A stretch of 64,000 bases of DNA from Bilabrum cf. latius. Taxonomy: Eukaryota. A program made the translations under genes and the position numbers. Numbering within the stretch: position 1 is the first letter of the stretch; each line of letters begins with the position of its first letter. The DNA lies in assembly GCA_965178125.1 (NCBI GenBank), contig OZ237740.1, positions 1,426,001-1,490,000 of the forward strand. Direction: 5' to 3'. The notes under the pieces were generated by a model. The model was not told the DNA's origin, made no database searches, and worked only from the letters and a program-made list of their open reading frames with translations. Below, one piece after another: positions 51,190 through 63,116 of this stretch.

Positions 51190-52354
51190 TCAGAATGCCT
51201 CAAGCCACTTCGTGTAGTACACGCATGTCTCAGGGGATACCTTGCTGCTGCCAGGAAAGCAATCCTCTGCCACAGGGCACATGCCGCAGGGCACGCTGGT
51301 CAGTGCAGGCGCGGGGAGCTTCTTCCGGATCCTCTTGTACCGCACGGTGGCCTACATCACCTTTTCCTGGGCGATGGCGCGGCGGACATCGGCGCTGAGG
51401 GCGCTCTCGCCCGCCTTGCGCTCACCGGAGCTTGCAGCGGAGGCACTCTTGCCCGCACGCCCGGAGGACGAAGACGAGGACGAGGACTCCCCGCTGGCGC
51501 TGGCAGCGCCCCCAGCGGCCGGGCCGTCGTCTGGGATCCCCAGCCCGGCGCCAGCCGAAATGTCTGCCGCCCCACCACCCGCGTGCTTGGGTGGCATGGC
51601 GGCGACGGCCCTGTCCATGACCAGCGAGTCGATCACCTGCTGCACGTCATCCGTGCCGAGCGGGATCTTGGACACGCCGCTCTTCCGGATGTGCTCCGCG
51701 ATCTCTGCTCGAGTCTTCATCGAGCCCGCCGGTTGCAGGAATTGAGCAACTGATCTTCGCAAGGAATTTATAAAATGCGTGTCCAATTCGCCATCAGTGT
51801 ACCACGCCCCCCCTGTGACCTGCGCCGATGGAACCAATTCGTACAGCATGTAGATTTTGCGACTCTTGAAAGTCACACTTTTCACGCTCTTGATCAATTT
51901 CTTCCCTTCAAGCCTTTTCAAAGCCTTATTCATCGCAGCAACCTGCAATTTAGTCTGCGACTTGATGGTTCTTGTCCAAATACCGACATCGCCGGCCTCT
52001 CGAATAGCTTTCAGGACCTGCTCGTCTTCCGGAGAAAGGGTTCCCATCTTGTTAGCCATTCTCTCAGAAAAGGCTTTGAAAGATATTTCTCCAGAGGCAA
52101 GCTTCTAGGGCACAATGACCTTCTGCGGGACATCACGGGGCACGTTGTATTTGGGAGGCGAGCAATATGCACGGCAGGCACGAAACCCGTCAAACACCAT
52201 CAGTGTAATGGCTCACAGCATCAATTAGGGACCGGATCGCTTTCATGTGATTCTTGATAGGGCCAAATGATTTCTCCAGCTCTTTCTGTCCAACTCCAGT
52301 GGGGTGCTGCTGGATGAAAGCAAGGAGTTTTCTAGCCGCAGGTTCATCCGCCAT
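51190..52354 (-). CDS. POLR3F: RNA polymerase III subunit RPC34/RPC6 (~356 aa); requires TAG=Gln
   Basis: complement(join(51190..52122,52217..52354)). 'GIWTRTIK', 'LKRLEGKKLIKSVKSV...KIYMLYELVPS..VTGGAWYTDGELD..FI'. The C-terminal 4Fe-4S motif 'PCGMCPVAEDC...SPETCVYYTKWL' lies downstream of TAG 51352. Second TAG at 52105. TGA stop. Confidence 0.92.
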
Positions 52355-52548
52355 GATGCCAGGACCAATCGACTGGTGCGTGCCACAAGTTCGATAGTAA
52401 CTCTATTTCGTTCGTAGAAACTGGATTCAGACGCCAAAGCCCACGATTGAGATCAGTTCTGGCGGCGTGCTTCAGCAGTTGAGCGAGCGCGTCTCACAAT
52501 GCAATGATCGAGCGCAACACCCAAAACAGATTCTCACGCAAAATTTGA

Positions 52549-53997
52549 ATGCTGAAGGGCCTGCATGGCATATAGAGACTCATTGGGTGGGACCCAGGCC
52601 GTCGTGGGGTGCAACACTTGATACGAGAGGGCGAGGCGGGGCTCGTTGGAGCTGCCAGCCTGCTCGCAAAGGCAACTGCAGTCGGGATCTTGACTGGCTT
52701 TCCATGCGTGCAAGCAGAACCTCCGACTGAGAATGACGGAATTTGTGGTGCTGTGTTGCTTGGAATGGCACTGGTGCGATCTGGCATTCGTGTCACATTG
52801 ATGACGGATTCAACGAACGAGGCTGTTGTGGAGGCCAGTGCAGCCTGCGGTCGCAAAATTCTAGGGAATGATGCTGCCCTGGGCGTTGCATGTTTTGCAC
52901 CAATGAGTAAAGCAGAGTACTTTGCAGATTCTGCGGCGGTAGACCCAGCAGGAACACCAGTAAAATGTAGCAAGTCATTCGATCGGCTGGTGCGCGAGAG
53001 CGCAAGTCTGGACTGCCTCATTGCCATTGAGCGAGCGTCCCCAAGCCCTAATGGGCACCCCATGACGATGCGTGCTAGGTCGATGTCTGGCTTGGTTGCC
53101 CCATTGCACTGGATGTTCCCGCGCAACGTTGCAGCAAGCTCTGCAGGAGCTGATCTCGAGCTCGATCGAGATCGGGCCATGCAGGACTCGTTCTTGCGTG
53201 TCGTCCGTCAATCTAGAGCGGGTCATGATGGGGCTGGCGCTGCATCAGTTGGTCCGGTAACTGGCTCCAGCGAGTCCTGTGATGCTATCGGGGCAGCAGC
53301 AACCGCAGCAGGAGCAGGACCAGACAGCCGTGTGGCACAGGCTCCTGTGCCCTGGCCCTGGCGCACGGCTTGCGTGGGTGATGGTGGCAATGAACTGGGC
53401 ATGGGTGCCGTTGCAGAAGCCGTGGAGGCACACGTGGACCGGGGCGCCGAGATCGTCAGTGCGTTCGGGTGCGAGAGCGTGGTAAGCGCTGGAGTTAGCG
53501 AGTGGGGAGCCATGGGCATCGCGGCGGCAATAGCGGACATGTCGGCGGAGGGTGGAGAGAGTAAGGGACTGAGTACCATGAAAGATGCAAAGAGAGGTGA
53601 TGAGGAGGCAGGGGAAGTGCCTGAGAGCGCAGGTGAAGCCAGCGGAGATGAGAGAAGCACAGCTCGAGGGGCACCACCCTCTGCTGAAACGACGAATGAT
53701 GGCAGTCGAAAATCCGACGAATCAGTATTTTCAGGGCGCGACCTAGGGCCCAAAGGTGCTCATTTTGAGCTGCCTTCCGAGCTTATTCTGGCGGCAAGCC
53801 CGCCCTCTGAAGCAGCCGCAGCGGCTCGGAGGCGCTTGCTTCCCTCTGTCGAGCAATACGGGGCGCTTCTCGATGCGTGCGCTTCTGCTGGTGCGAGAGA
53901 TGGGATCCTTGGATCAATTGGCAGGACAGTCGATGGGCTTGATTGGGAAGTTCATGCTCAAATGCTGAGGGCATGCAGAGGCGACTTGTCGGGCTAA
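52549..53997 (+). CDS. DUF4392 / D-glutamate cyclase C-terminal-like domain protein (~482 aa); requires TAG=Gln
   Basis: 'DPGRRGV', 'ILTGFP', 'ENDG..GA', 'IAIER', 'MRARSM', 'GDGGNELGMG', 'VSEWG', 'RDG...VDGL'. TAG at 52573 lies between ATG 52549 and the DPG motif. Stop TAA at 53995. Confidence 0.8.
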
Positions 53998-54262
53998 ATT
54001 GGGGGGTTCTAATTTTAACGCATTTGTAGCGTGCACAATTCGTGGTTTTCGAGAACAGGAGCACCGCAGTCGTTTGTAAGGCGCTGTGTCCGGCCTAGCT
54101 TATTGCAGGTAGGCTCGTTGCCGTATTTCGTTTCTTAACGCTTTACTTGTGGCGTTGTGAGCATCTGTACCCCAAGTAGTAGCATGCACCGCTACCCAAA
54201 CAACGCCGATCTTTCCTTTGATCCCGTGTACCGTGCAGCCCTCTCATCGTTCTGGCGCAGCA

Positions 54263-57200
54263 ATGACATCCGTCCTGAAGCGCCGTCACGTGTTTTCGAG
54301 CGATGTTGGTGTATTGAAGCGTGCTGGCCTTCGCTTGTTCGAGAGACTTGCAGCCTCGGGCATCGGAGCGCAGTCTGTCGGCGAGCTCGAGCAGGTTGGT
54401 CCCACTGTCTCACGGTTGGCGGACTCCCTGCAGCAATCAGAAAAGCTGCGTATATTTGAAGAGTGGTCGCCGCCGCGTAACCCGCCAGAGGAGGTCATCA
54501 GCCTGCGTGGAAAAGGGGTTGAATGCTTCTGCTCGTCGCAGTCCGACGATTCGCACAGCGCTGAAGCAGTCGCGCAGAACGAGGCTAAGGTGCATCCATC
54601 ATCTGGTTGGCAAGCAGGAGGCAAGCGAGGAAAGATGAAGTCCAACTGGGGCGTTGACCTTGGTCGAACCGAGATGATCAGCCAAGTCGATGTCGTCTGG
54701 GGCCAGGTGCAAGTAACGGCTGCCTCAGGAGGCAACAAGGGTGATTCTCTGCCAATCAAGGTTCGCGTCGAGGTGGCATCTCCCAAGGGCGAGTGGGTGA
54801 AGGCATGCGTGATGCGCATTCACAAGGACGACGTGGAGGAGGACAAGAAGAAGGTAGAGGCAGCCCGGCAGCAGGGGGTAAGCACCGGCCGGAAGCGCGG
54901 GAAACGCCGCGGAGGTCCCGCCATTCCGGACGATGATGACGACGATGAAGATGAGGAAGATGAGGAGGACGAGGAGGAGGACAGCAGCGACGACGAGGAC
55001 GATTTCTTCGACGACGACGAGGGCGGGGGCGACGGGCCCGCCGCCTCGGGTCCCAAGCCCACTATCGAGAAGGAGAGGCTCGCCGCGGACGGCGGGTACG
55101 GGCCTGCCCTGCCACCTGAGATGATGGCAGCCCTGGGGCTAGCCCCTGCGCCAGTCGCTGCTGCGGAGGACGAGGCCGATGGCGAGGAGGGCGCTTCTGG
55201 CAAAGGGGGCGCGGCTTCCGGGGCAGGTGCGGGCGGTGATGCTGCCGGTGAGGGCAAGGGGGCCGGGGCCCAGGCATCGGGGGATGGCAAGGAGAAGAAG
55301 ACCAAGACCTTTTAGCAGGTTGTGGGCCGCCCGGTGCGCCGCCGGCTGCGCATCCCAGAGGTGGCTGGCATGCCGGTGTCGATGCGGTTCCGCAAGCCCA
55401 TCCCTGGCCGCCGCATCCGCCTACGCATGGACGGCGTGCTGGAGAGCAACGACGCACAGGCCCACGCCATCGCCGAGGTGAAGATCGTGAGCCCCATGGA
55501 CGCCGAGAAGGCTCCCTCCGCGGCCCGCTCCGTGGCTGCCCTGCGTGACTGGCTAGCGGACATCGTGGCCATGTGCGCCGACAGCCGAGGCGCGGGGGAG
55601 AGGACCCGGGCTGCCGCCTTGCGGGCACTGGCTGCGCTGGCGGCCTCGAGCGGCAGCATGGCGGCCATTCTGGCGCTGGTGGAGGCTTTGACAGCGGGGG
55701 AACGCGGCGTGCTCCAGTAGATGCAAAGCCAGCCCGCCGGAGGGTCGGACGGCTCGGGTCTTGCGGGGGACAAGGACCTGGCCAAGGTGCTTGACCAGCT
55801 GGCACTGGATCTCCGCAAGCAGGAGAGACGCGTGAATGCCGAGGTAACCAAGGCAGAGCTGAAACCGCCCGTGCTGCAGGGGGGCGGCGGCGGGGCTGCA
55901 GTGGTCGAGTTCCAGCCAAAGTTCGACGGCAGCTTCACGGGTGTCCCGAACCGCTACATGCAGCTGCAGAACGGGGACCAGGACGCCTATTCGCAGAGCA
56001 GTAACGCCACTGCCTTCACGCTGGCGGGTGGGTTCACGCATGGGAAGGCATCGTGGGAGTTCCTGCTGGTAAACGACACCACGTCTTAGTGCTCGTGCTT
56101 CGGAATGGGTCTCAAGCCTATCGTGGACACAAACTACTCGTCTAGTCCCCAGATGCTGCTCTACAGGTCGTTCAATGGACAGAGGTACGACCGTGGCCGC
56201 CCCCTGTCCACGCCCGCCATGCCCAAGGTTAACAAGGGCGACCGCATTCGCTTCGACCTTGACATGGATGAGGGCACGTGCAGCGTGGCTGTGAACGGGA
56301 GGCCCGCTGGCGTCGCATTCACTAACCTCAAGGGCCTCGCTATCTGGCCATGCGCGCATGCCTACAGCTCCAGCCGCACGATGCGGATCCTGGCCATCCA
56401 GGGCCCGCCGGAGTTTGCGAATGGCTGCGGCATTATTGGTGTCGCAAGCGGAGGAACCTCTGAGGCCGGCAAATCGCAGGGCAGCGGAGGTAGCATGGGT
56501 GTGCGTGTGGGTCCGCTGGGCGAATACCACCGGGTGGCGCAGGCTCTGCAGCTCGATGCCGTCCCCGAGTCCGCGCTGTACGTGCCCGCGGGAGTGCTCG
56601 GCAGACGCGGGGCGGAAGGAGCCCACCCGGACGATGACGCGGCGGAGGGCGTAGTGGCGCAGGTGCAGGTACGTTCCCCCAAGGACGGTATCGACGGTGA
56701 CTTGCCGAGGCCGCGACCTGGCTAGGTGGGGAACGCCGGTGCCGGCATGGATGCCGACCGGCTGCGTACGCTGCGTAAGAAGAATCTGAGCGCGCCGGAT
56801 CACAGCCTGAGCATGCGGTGTCCCGAGGAGAAGGAGTGCCTGCGGCACGTGGGAGCGCTCACTCTGGCGAGCTACAAAGCTGGTGACGACAGCCCGGAGC
56901 CTGAGTCCAAGGCCGCAGAGAAGGGCGATGATCCTGACGCAGACTCGGACGAAGACGAGGCAAAGAAAAGCAGCAAGTCCGAGGACAGCGGGGCTCCGAC
57001 CGGCGCTGCCCTCCGAGCCATCGGGGCGTCCTGCGCTAGCCTGGCCCAGGCCTTGGCGAGCACCTCCCAGGAGGAAGGCGAGGAGCCCGCATCGGGGGCT
57101 GCTGGAGGATCGGACAAGCCGAGCAAGTCCCGGGTGCAGGCTCCCTCGAGCTGTGATCTTGCTAGCGTGCTGCCTCTTGCATGGGACGCAGCAGAGAGGC

Positions 57201-59398
57201 CCTACTGCTTCACGGCCTTCCACCTGGGCCGCAGGTTCAAGCGGTTCTCGACGCAAGCGGGCTTCTCGGCCAGCCTGGGCGTGCTGGTGGACGACGACGG
57301 CGAGGACGACGAAATCACCAACGCGGCCCCCCCACGCATCGCCGGTGTGATCGAGGTCATCGGTGACGGGAAGGTGCTCTGGAGAATGGACAGGGCCGTA
57401 GCCCCGGGGGACACGTTCGATGTGGACGTGAGCGTGCTGGATATCGATGTCCTGGTGCTGCGAGCAGGGTCTGCGCACGCCGATCTGGGCGTGAACGCTG
57501 TGTTCGTGAAGCCTGCTGTGGAGGTTTGCGACGACTGGACCTGTGCCGGGTGGAGAAACGACCGGTTTCAGCTCAATTGCGAGATGTGGGGGAATTTCCG
57601 CGGCAGGATGCCCGTGCTGAACGCGGCTGCCACCACAGGTGATGGTGGTTCCGGCGGCGCTGCTGGCGGCCCCTCCTCTGGAGCAGGCGGCGACTCTGCC
57701 AAGGCGCGGGCAGCCCCAGCAGGCACCCCGCATGCCATTGCGGCCTAGTTGCTCTCAACCGCTAGCTCTGTTGCCCTGCAGCACGCCCGTGAGATGCAGG
57801 TGGAGGCGGCCAAGAGGGGTCCCTCCGAAGAGGGCGAGTCTCCCTGGGACCTCGAGAGCCCCTATGCCATCGAGCTGTCCGGAGATGGCCTGGCGGGGCT
57901 GGCCAACGCAATGGTCAGGCTGCGGGCCGCGGTGCGGAACCCGTCGACCCCTGCAGACCTGAAGGACTGGGCCGCGGGGGCGCTGACCGACCTCTTGTTG
58001 GTCACTTTTGCGAATCTGCGGCGGCTGGTGGTGTCTCGCGTGGATGCAGCGGAGGCCGAGGGGCTCCATGGGCTGTCAACGCAAGAAAAGGCGGCCCGTG
58101 CCGCTCGGGCTGCGCTGCTCACAGGCGGGGCGGCAGACTCGGCAGCAGCAGACACGCCGGCGGGCGCTGCTTCCATGAGCACAGACCGCCTTGAGGCAGC
58201 GGCTGCCACTGGCACGTTGCAAGGGCTCGCTTCCGTCCTCCACGCACTTGTGGGCGACGCGATGCTGCCCGGGCAGGTCCGGGAGCGAGCCTCCAAGGCG
58301 CTGCAGGCAGGGCAGTCGCTTCTATTCAAGTCAGAGCGGGACGCGCGCGAGTTCGTGCGCGAGCAGCTTGGACTCGGCGAGGAGGCCGAGGAGGTGAGCG
58401 GGGGCATTTCCGCGGCTGCTGGTGAGGCCGTGGGTGGCGGCAGCGGGGCAGTCGTGGAACTGGAGTTCTCTTGGCCGTCCAGCCTCCTCACACCCGCAAC
58501 GGATCCGGCGAGCAAGAGCAAGGGCGGCAAGGGCAAGGGGGACGATGCCTCCGCGGGCGAGCTGCCCCACGAGGCGGTGCTTGACACGGCGCTGCTTCGG
58601 CTGCGCCTCGAGTGCTAGCGGAGGGGCCTGCAGCACCGCGTGATCGGCCACTGGCCAGCACGCGCCTACCTGGTTGTGTGTCTGCCCACCCGCGAGGAGA
58701 TGCAGGCCTTCGTGGGCACCTTGGGGACTGAGGGAATGGACGACGGGCAGGACACTGGGGAGGCCGCGGGGGCCAACCCGTGGGAGGCTGTGGGGGTGCA
58801 GCTGGGGGGCAAGGGAGCAGCGGTCGCGGCGCAAGCAGGCTTGGTCAAGGACAGCGGGGGTGGGTCAACTGCAGCCTCCGCGACGACGGCTGTGGGCAAG
58901 GGGTCATCTGCCCCTGCCAGCGCGGCGGCGGGAGCTCCGGCTGGGGTAGTGCCTCCACCTGCCAAGGGGGGCATCGCGGCCGCAAGCACGGTGGCAGGGC
59001 CGAGCAAGGGCGGTGATGGTAGTGGGCCCGCTGGCAGCGGCGGGAAGCATGGCGCGGTGTCCACGGACCTGCACAGCATGCGGGCGAGGAGGGGGGGGCG
59101 CGGTCGCAGGGCCCGCCTGCCGGTGGAGGGTGCCCTGGGTCGTGCGCTGGTGGGGGCGGGTCTGTGGGACTGGCAGGACCACGCAGGTAGCAAGCTGGCC
59201 GACGTGCCCCTCAGCGTGGAGCCGAGCCCCGAGTGGTCCCGTAAGTACTTCCTACCTGCGCAGCCACTTGCATGCGTCCGCTTGTACGCCGCGGCAAACG
59301 ATGGTGCTGATTCCACCATGAAGCGCGTGGTCGAGTCGATCCAGGACTTCTTACCAGCAGCCGGGCCGGTCCGAGACGCGGCCGTTGCAGTTGCCTGA
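54263..59398 (+). CDS. Large (~1711 aa) protein with discoidin/F5-8-like, SPRY-like and NPCBM-like segments; requires TAG=Gln
   Basis: Seven same-frame ORF pieces separated by TAG at 55313, 55718, 56087, 56723, 57746, 58616; TGA at 59396. SPRY-like 'GKASWEFLL...CFG...GDRIRFDLDMDEGTCSVAVNG...GVAFTNL'. NPCBM-like 'FSASLGV...EVIGDGKVLW'. Acidic tract. Confidence 0.72.
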
Positions 59399-59544
59399 AT
59401 GCGCACTAGTGGTGTTGGCGGGTGTGGATGCATCGATTGTGCTTTGCGCCTTGGAACTTTGGACATCAGCCTATGACATCCAAACCGGAACAACTTGTTG
59501 AACGGCGCCACGCGCGGTCAACCCGCTGGTATTATTCGGGCGGC

Positions 59545-61569
59545 ATGCGAAACTTCTGCGTCCTTGCGGCATTACCCATAGTAGTGTTCGGTGCTCAAGT
59601 ATCTCAGACGAGGTCCTACGAGGCTGTGAGGCGGGCTTTCGAGCAGCCCGGGTGTGCCAGCTCGCGGCTGTTGGGGAGACGTCACCAGCGCATTTTGCGT
59701 GGCCTGCAGGACAGCGTACCCGTTTGCAATGCAGCTGTCCAAGATTGCTCCATAGACAATTATGCTTCGTCGGATATTTATGCTATCGAATGGGCCAACT
59801 ACACAACGACAACAGCTGGTGGACCTGAACGGGTAACCTGCACCTTCGGCGATCAGTATCGCACGTACGTCGTGCCTGGCACTGCAGGGACAACGAAAGC
59901 CATCTTGTACTTCTCCGGTGGCGGTGTATGTCTCTCAGCGCAAAGCTGTGGCCTCCTATCACCTCTTCAAGGCCCTTTTGATTTGCCTGCTGGAAGCTTG
60001 GGCCCTCTTCAATTCACCACGGCCTCTATCCCTTCCTCGGATGCTAGCGATGCATTTGAGCATGTTGACACCGTGATGGAAGGGGGCCATCTCATATTTG
60101 TGCCGTACTGCACCGGTGACGTGTAAGTTTATGCTTGCGCACAAGCTCGATTGTGCAGTTGTGCTATCCCATCGTATTCAGTGATAGTAATCCCTGTATT
60201 GTTTAAAAAACCTCTCAGGTTCATGGGTAATTAGGTCCACACGTACGAGGCGCAATTGCCATCTCTTGGGGTAGGCATGACCATCGAAGAGGCGAACTGG
60301 CAGCGCGCCGCAGACCTACTCGCTGGCGCGAATAGGACCTTTGACGGGAGTCGAATCGCAACTGTTGATACGCAAACAGGCACGGCGAGTACGACGATTC
60401 GGCACCTCGGACGTGGTGTTGTCAAGCAGGTGCTAGACCTCCTCGGCGGCAGCCCTGACCCCGCCACCGGTGCCGTGCGAGGCGTCGGTATTTTGCCGGA
60501 TGTCCCTGACCAGCTCGCCGTGATGGGCTGCTCGGCCGGGTCGATGGGAGCACAACTGGCTGCTCCCTTGCTCTACTAGTGGGCAAAAGCCGTGGGTGTG
60601 GGCTCTCTCTCGCTGGTGGCCGACAGCTTCATCGGGGCCTTCGAACAGACCGCCACCCTGCAGGGCGCCGTCCGCTCGTTCGCGGGGTGCGGCCTGTTCC
60701 CGCTGGGGGCCAGCGGGGCCACACCCAGCGATGATGAGGACGGAGGGGGCAGTGCCTGGGCTTTCGGGTCCCTGCGGGCCGCGGTGGTGGCAGGCGGCTA
60801 CACCCGCGAGCGATGCCTTGAGGGGACCATGGAGCTCAACCTGCCAGTCATACTAGCGGCGGCAATGGCGGGAGTGGCGGATGACACCGATGATGATGCG
60901 GTCCCCGTGTCCTTCGCCAGCGTGAACATTGAGGGCGATTACCAGCAGGTGGGCTACAACCAGATAATGACCAAGCCTTGGCCCCAGGGCCTGGATGCTG
61001 CTGCGTCCTACGTGGTGGTCGAGACGCTGAGGGCGGCCTTCGATCGGAACTTTGACGCTGCCGCTTTCAACCCTGGGCCAGACGAGCTGTCAGAGGCCTT
61101 CAGGGAGGCACTGGAGGAGTGGGGGCCCCTTCGAGACGCGGGGATGCGCGCTCTGCAGGAGAGCGGGGCGGCCGTGTGGATGGGGGACGGCACCGCCCAC
61201 TGCGTGTCTCCGTACGCCGAGCGGTTCACCGAGATGGAGTTCCTTACGGGGAAGACCCCGGCAGCCTTCGTGGGTGACGTGCTCCGTCTGCAGGCAGAGG
61301 CAGTCGCGGGTATGGAGGACGATGGCACTGGCAGCGGGGACTACGACCCGGCCGTGGTGCAGGGGGCCAGCCGGTGCGCGCCCTGCCTGCTGGGGCTGGA
61401 ATTCTGCCAGGATGCAGCAAGGGTGCAGGGCGGGCCGGCAGAGAACGGCTGTGGTACTGCAGGCGACGACGATGAAGGAGAGGACGGAGCCAGTCGTCGG
61501 AGCCCAGCTGTGTGGCAAGGGTGGCTAGTCGCGCCGCTTTGCGTGGCTGCATGGGTCCTAAGCCGCTAA
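59545..61569 (+). CDS. Pectinacetylesterase/Notum-family esterase, secreted, possibly GPI-anchored (~642 aa); requires TAG=Gln
   Basis: join(59545..60122,60219..61569), intron GTAAGT...TCTCAG. Signal peptide, 'YFSGGGVC', 'FVPYCTGDVFMGN*', 'GCSAGS', 'ADS', 'AHC', hydrophobic C-terminal tail. TAG at 60232 and 60577; stop TAA at 61567. Confidence 0.8.
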
Positions 61570-61767
61570 ACAGTCGCTCGACCCATTCGTTGCTATTACA
61601 TTTTAACAATTGCTTCTCCCATAAATCGCTCATGCACCTGCATAATTGCCAGTTGTTGTCGGGGGCCTGCAGTGCCGTCAAACTGCACGTTACCTAGGGA
61701 ACATGAAGACAAAAACAAGATTCTCGAGGAGAACCCGAAAATACTCGAAAAAAAGCGCAGCACAGCA

Positions 61768-62593
61768 ATGGAGGTGTACAAGTGCCTTGCTTCTGATGAT
61801 GAGATGTACTCCTCGGCCATGCGCCCGAGCCCCGTTAAGGAGCTGGGGACCTGCACGATCAACGGAAAGGAGGTGAGCTGGGATTGCACCAGTTGCGGCT
61901 TGCAGCTGCTCGAAACTCGACTGTTTCCAACTTTTTCTTTGGATCCTCTCCGGTTTATTTTTATTTGCCATTCGAATCATTGCAGATGCCCATCCTTGTG
62001 AGCATCAGCGCCACTGAGACCACCGAGGACAACACCGGTGGAATCGAGGGCGAGGATGTGGATGATGCCGAGGAGCGCAAGCTGAACTATTTCTGGCAGA
62101 TGCCCCACATGGAGAATGATCACACCGATTCTCTGCTCACCAAGGGCAAGGACCCCAAGGGGAAGGCTGTGAGTGCAACCGTGCATTCGGTCAAGATTCT
62201 GTTGGGTTGCTGCTGAGAATCGCATGTTGGCCTTCCATTTCTAGCTCATTTCGTGCGCAGCTCTCTAAGTTCAAGAACTGGGAGACGTACTACTTCAAGC
62301 CGTACGGCAAGTCTGTGATCGCTTCGCTGCAGAAGGAGCACGGCGTCGAGAACGTGGATGTAGAGGAGGTGCAGAAGGCGCTCATGAAGCTGCACGGCTG
62401 GGTCAAGGAGAACAAGGGAGAGCTCTCCATCTTCGGCCCTGCCCAGTACGTCGGTGACGACTCGATCGACCTGACCATGCCGGGCAAGAGCGCCAAGGCT
62501 GTGCGCGCCGTGTCCACCCTGGCCTTCCAGATCTACTCGGCTGAGTGCAACTTCTTCGTGTTCCGCCCCGCCTGCAAGCCCGAGAAGTTCTGA
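61768..62593 (+). CDS. TPT1: Translationally controlled tumour protein (TCTP)-like (~206 aa)
   Basis: join(61768..61872,61986..62168,62261..62593), two GTGAG...GCAG introns. 'MEVYKCLASDDEMYSSA', 'EGEDVDD', 'YFKPYGK', C-terminal 'EKF*'. No internal TAG. Confidence 0.75.
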
Positions 62594-63116
62594 GATGTGT
62601 GCAGTTTTGATGGCGTGTTGGGCGCTCCGGCAGCCTACCGACTTCAGGGTTTAACTTGCTTCTTGAGTTGAAATGGACAGCCAGCGTTCAGTAGAAGACA
62701 ACTCGGACCGCTGCTGCGGCGTGCCACACGCTGTGCGGTGTAGGACTCGTACAAGACGCTTTGTTCGCCACCGCGAATGAATTTTGCCATGATACTGCCT
62801 CAAACCCACAACTGCAAGCACTCAACACGCCCGTCCGACGCGTATTCGGAGCCACTGCCAGTGCCAGCATCCAGCGCAAACAACACAGATTTAATTGATG
62901 CAGCAAAGTGCCGCAAAGACAGTATGCACAGTTTGCAAACTTCATCCTAGCAAGTACAAGTGCCCGCGATGCTCCGTCCAGACGTGTTCTTTGGGCTGCG
63001 TCTTGAGCCACAAACAACAGACTGGCTGCAGCGGCAAGAAAGAAGCTGTTCCGTTCATTGCTGTCAAAGAGTATACCGACAAGAAATTCCACAGGGACTA
63101 TCATTTGTTAGAGTCT

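Noticed and set aside
967-59511. Many long overlapping or antisense ORFs in the track (for example 4655-5923 +, 8120-9433 +, 34523-35905 -, 55553-57733 -)
   Set aside because: They are shadow frames of GC-rich coding sequence, with Pro/Arg-rich translations and no recognisable motifs.
62688-63104. Minus-strand 138-aa ORF after TCTP
   Set aside because: No motif and weak coding signal, so not supported as a gene.
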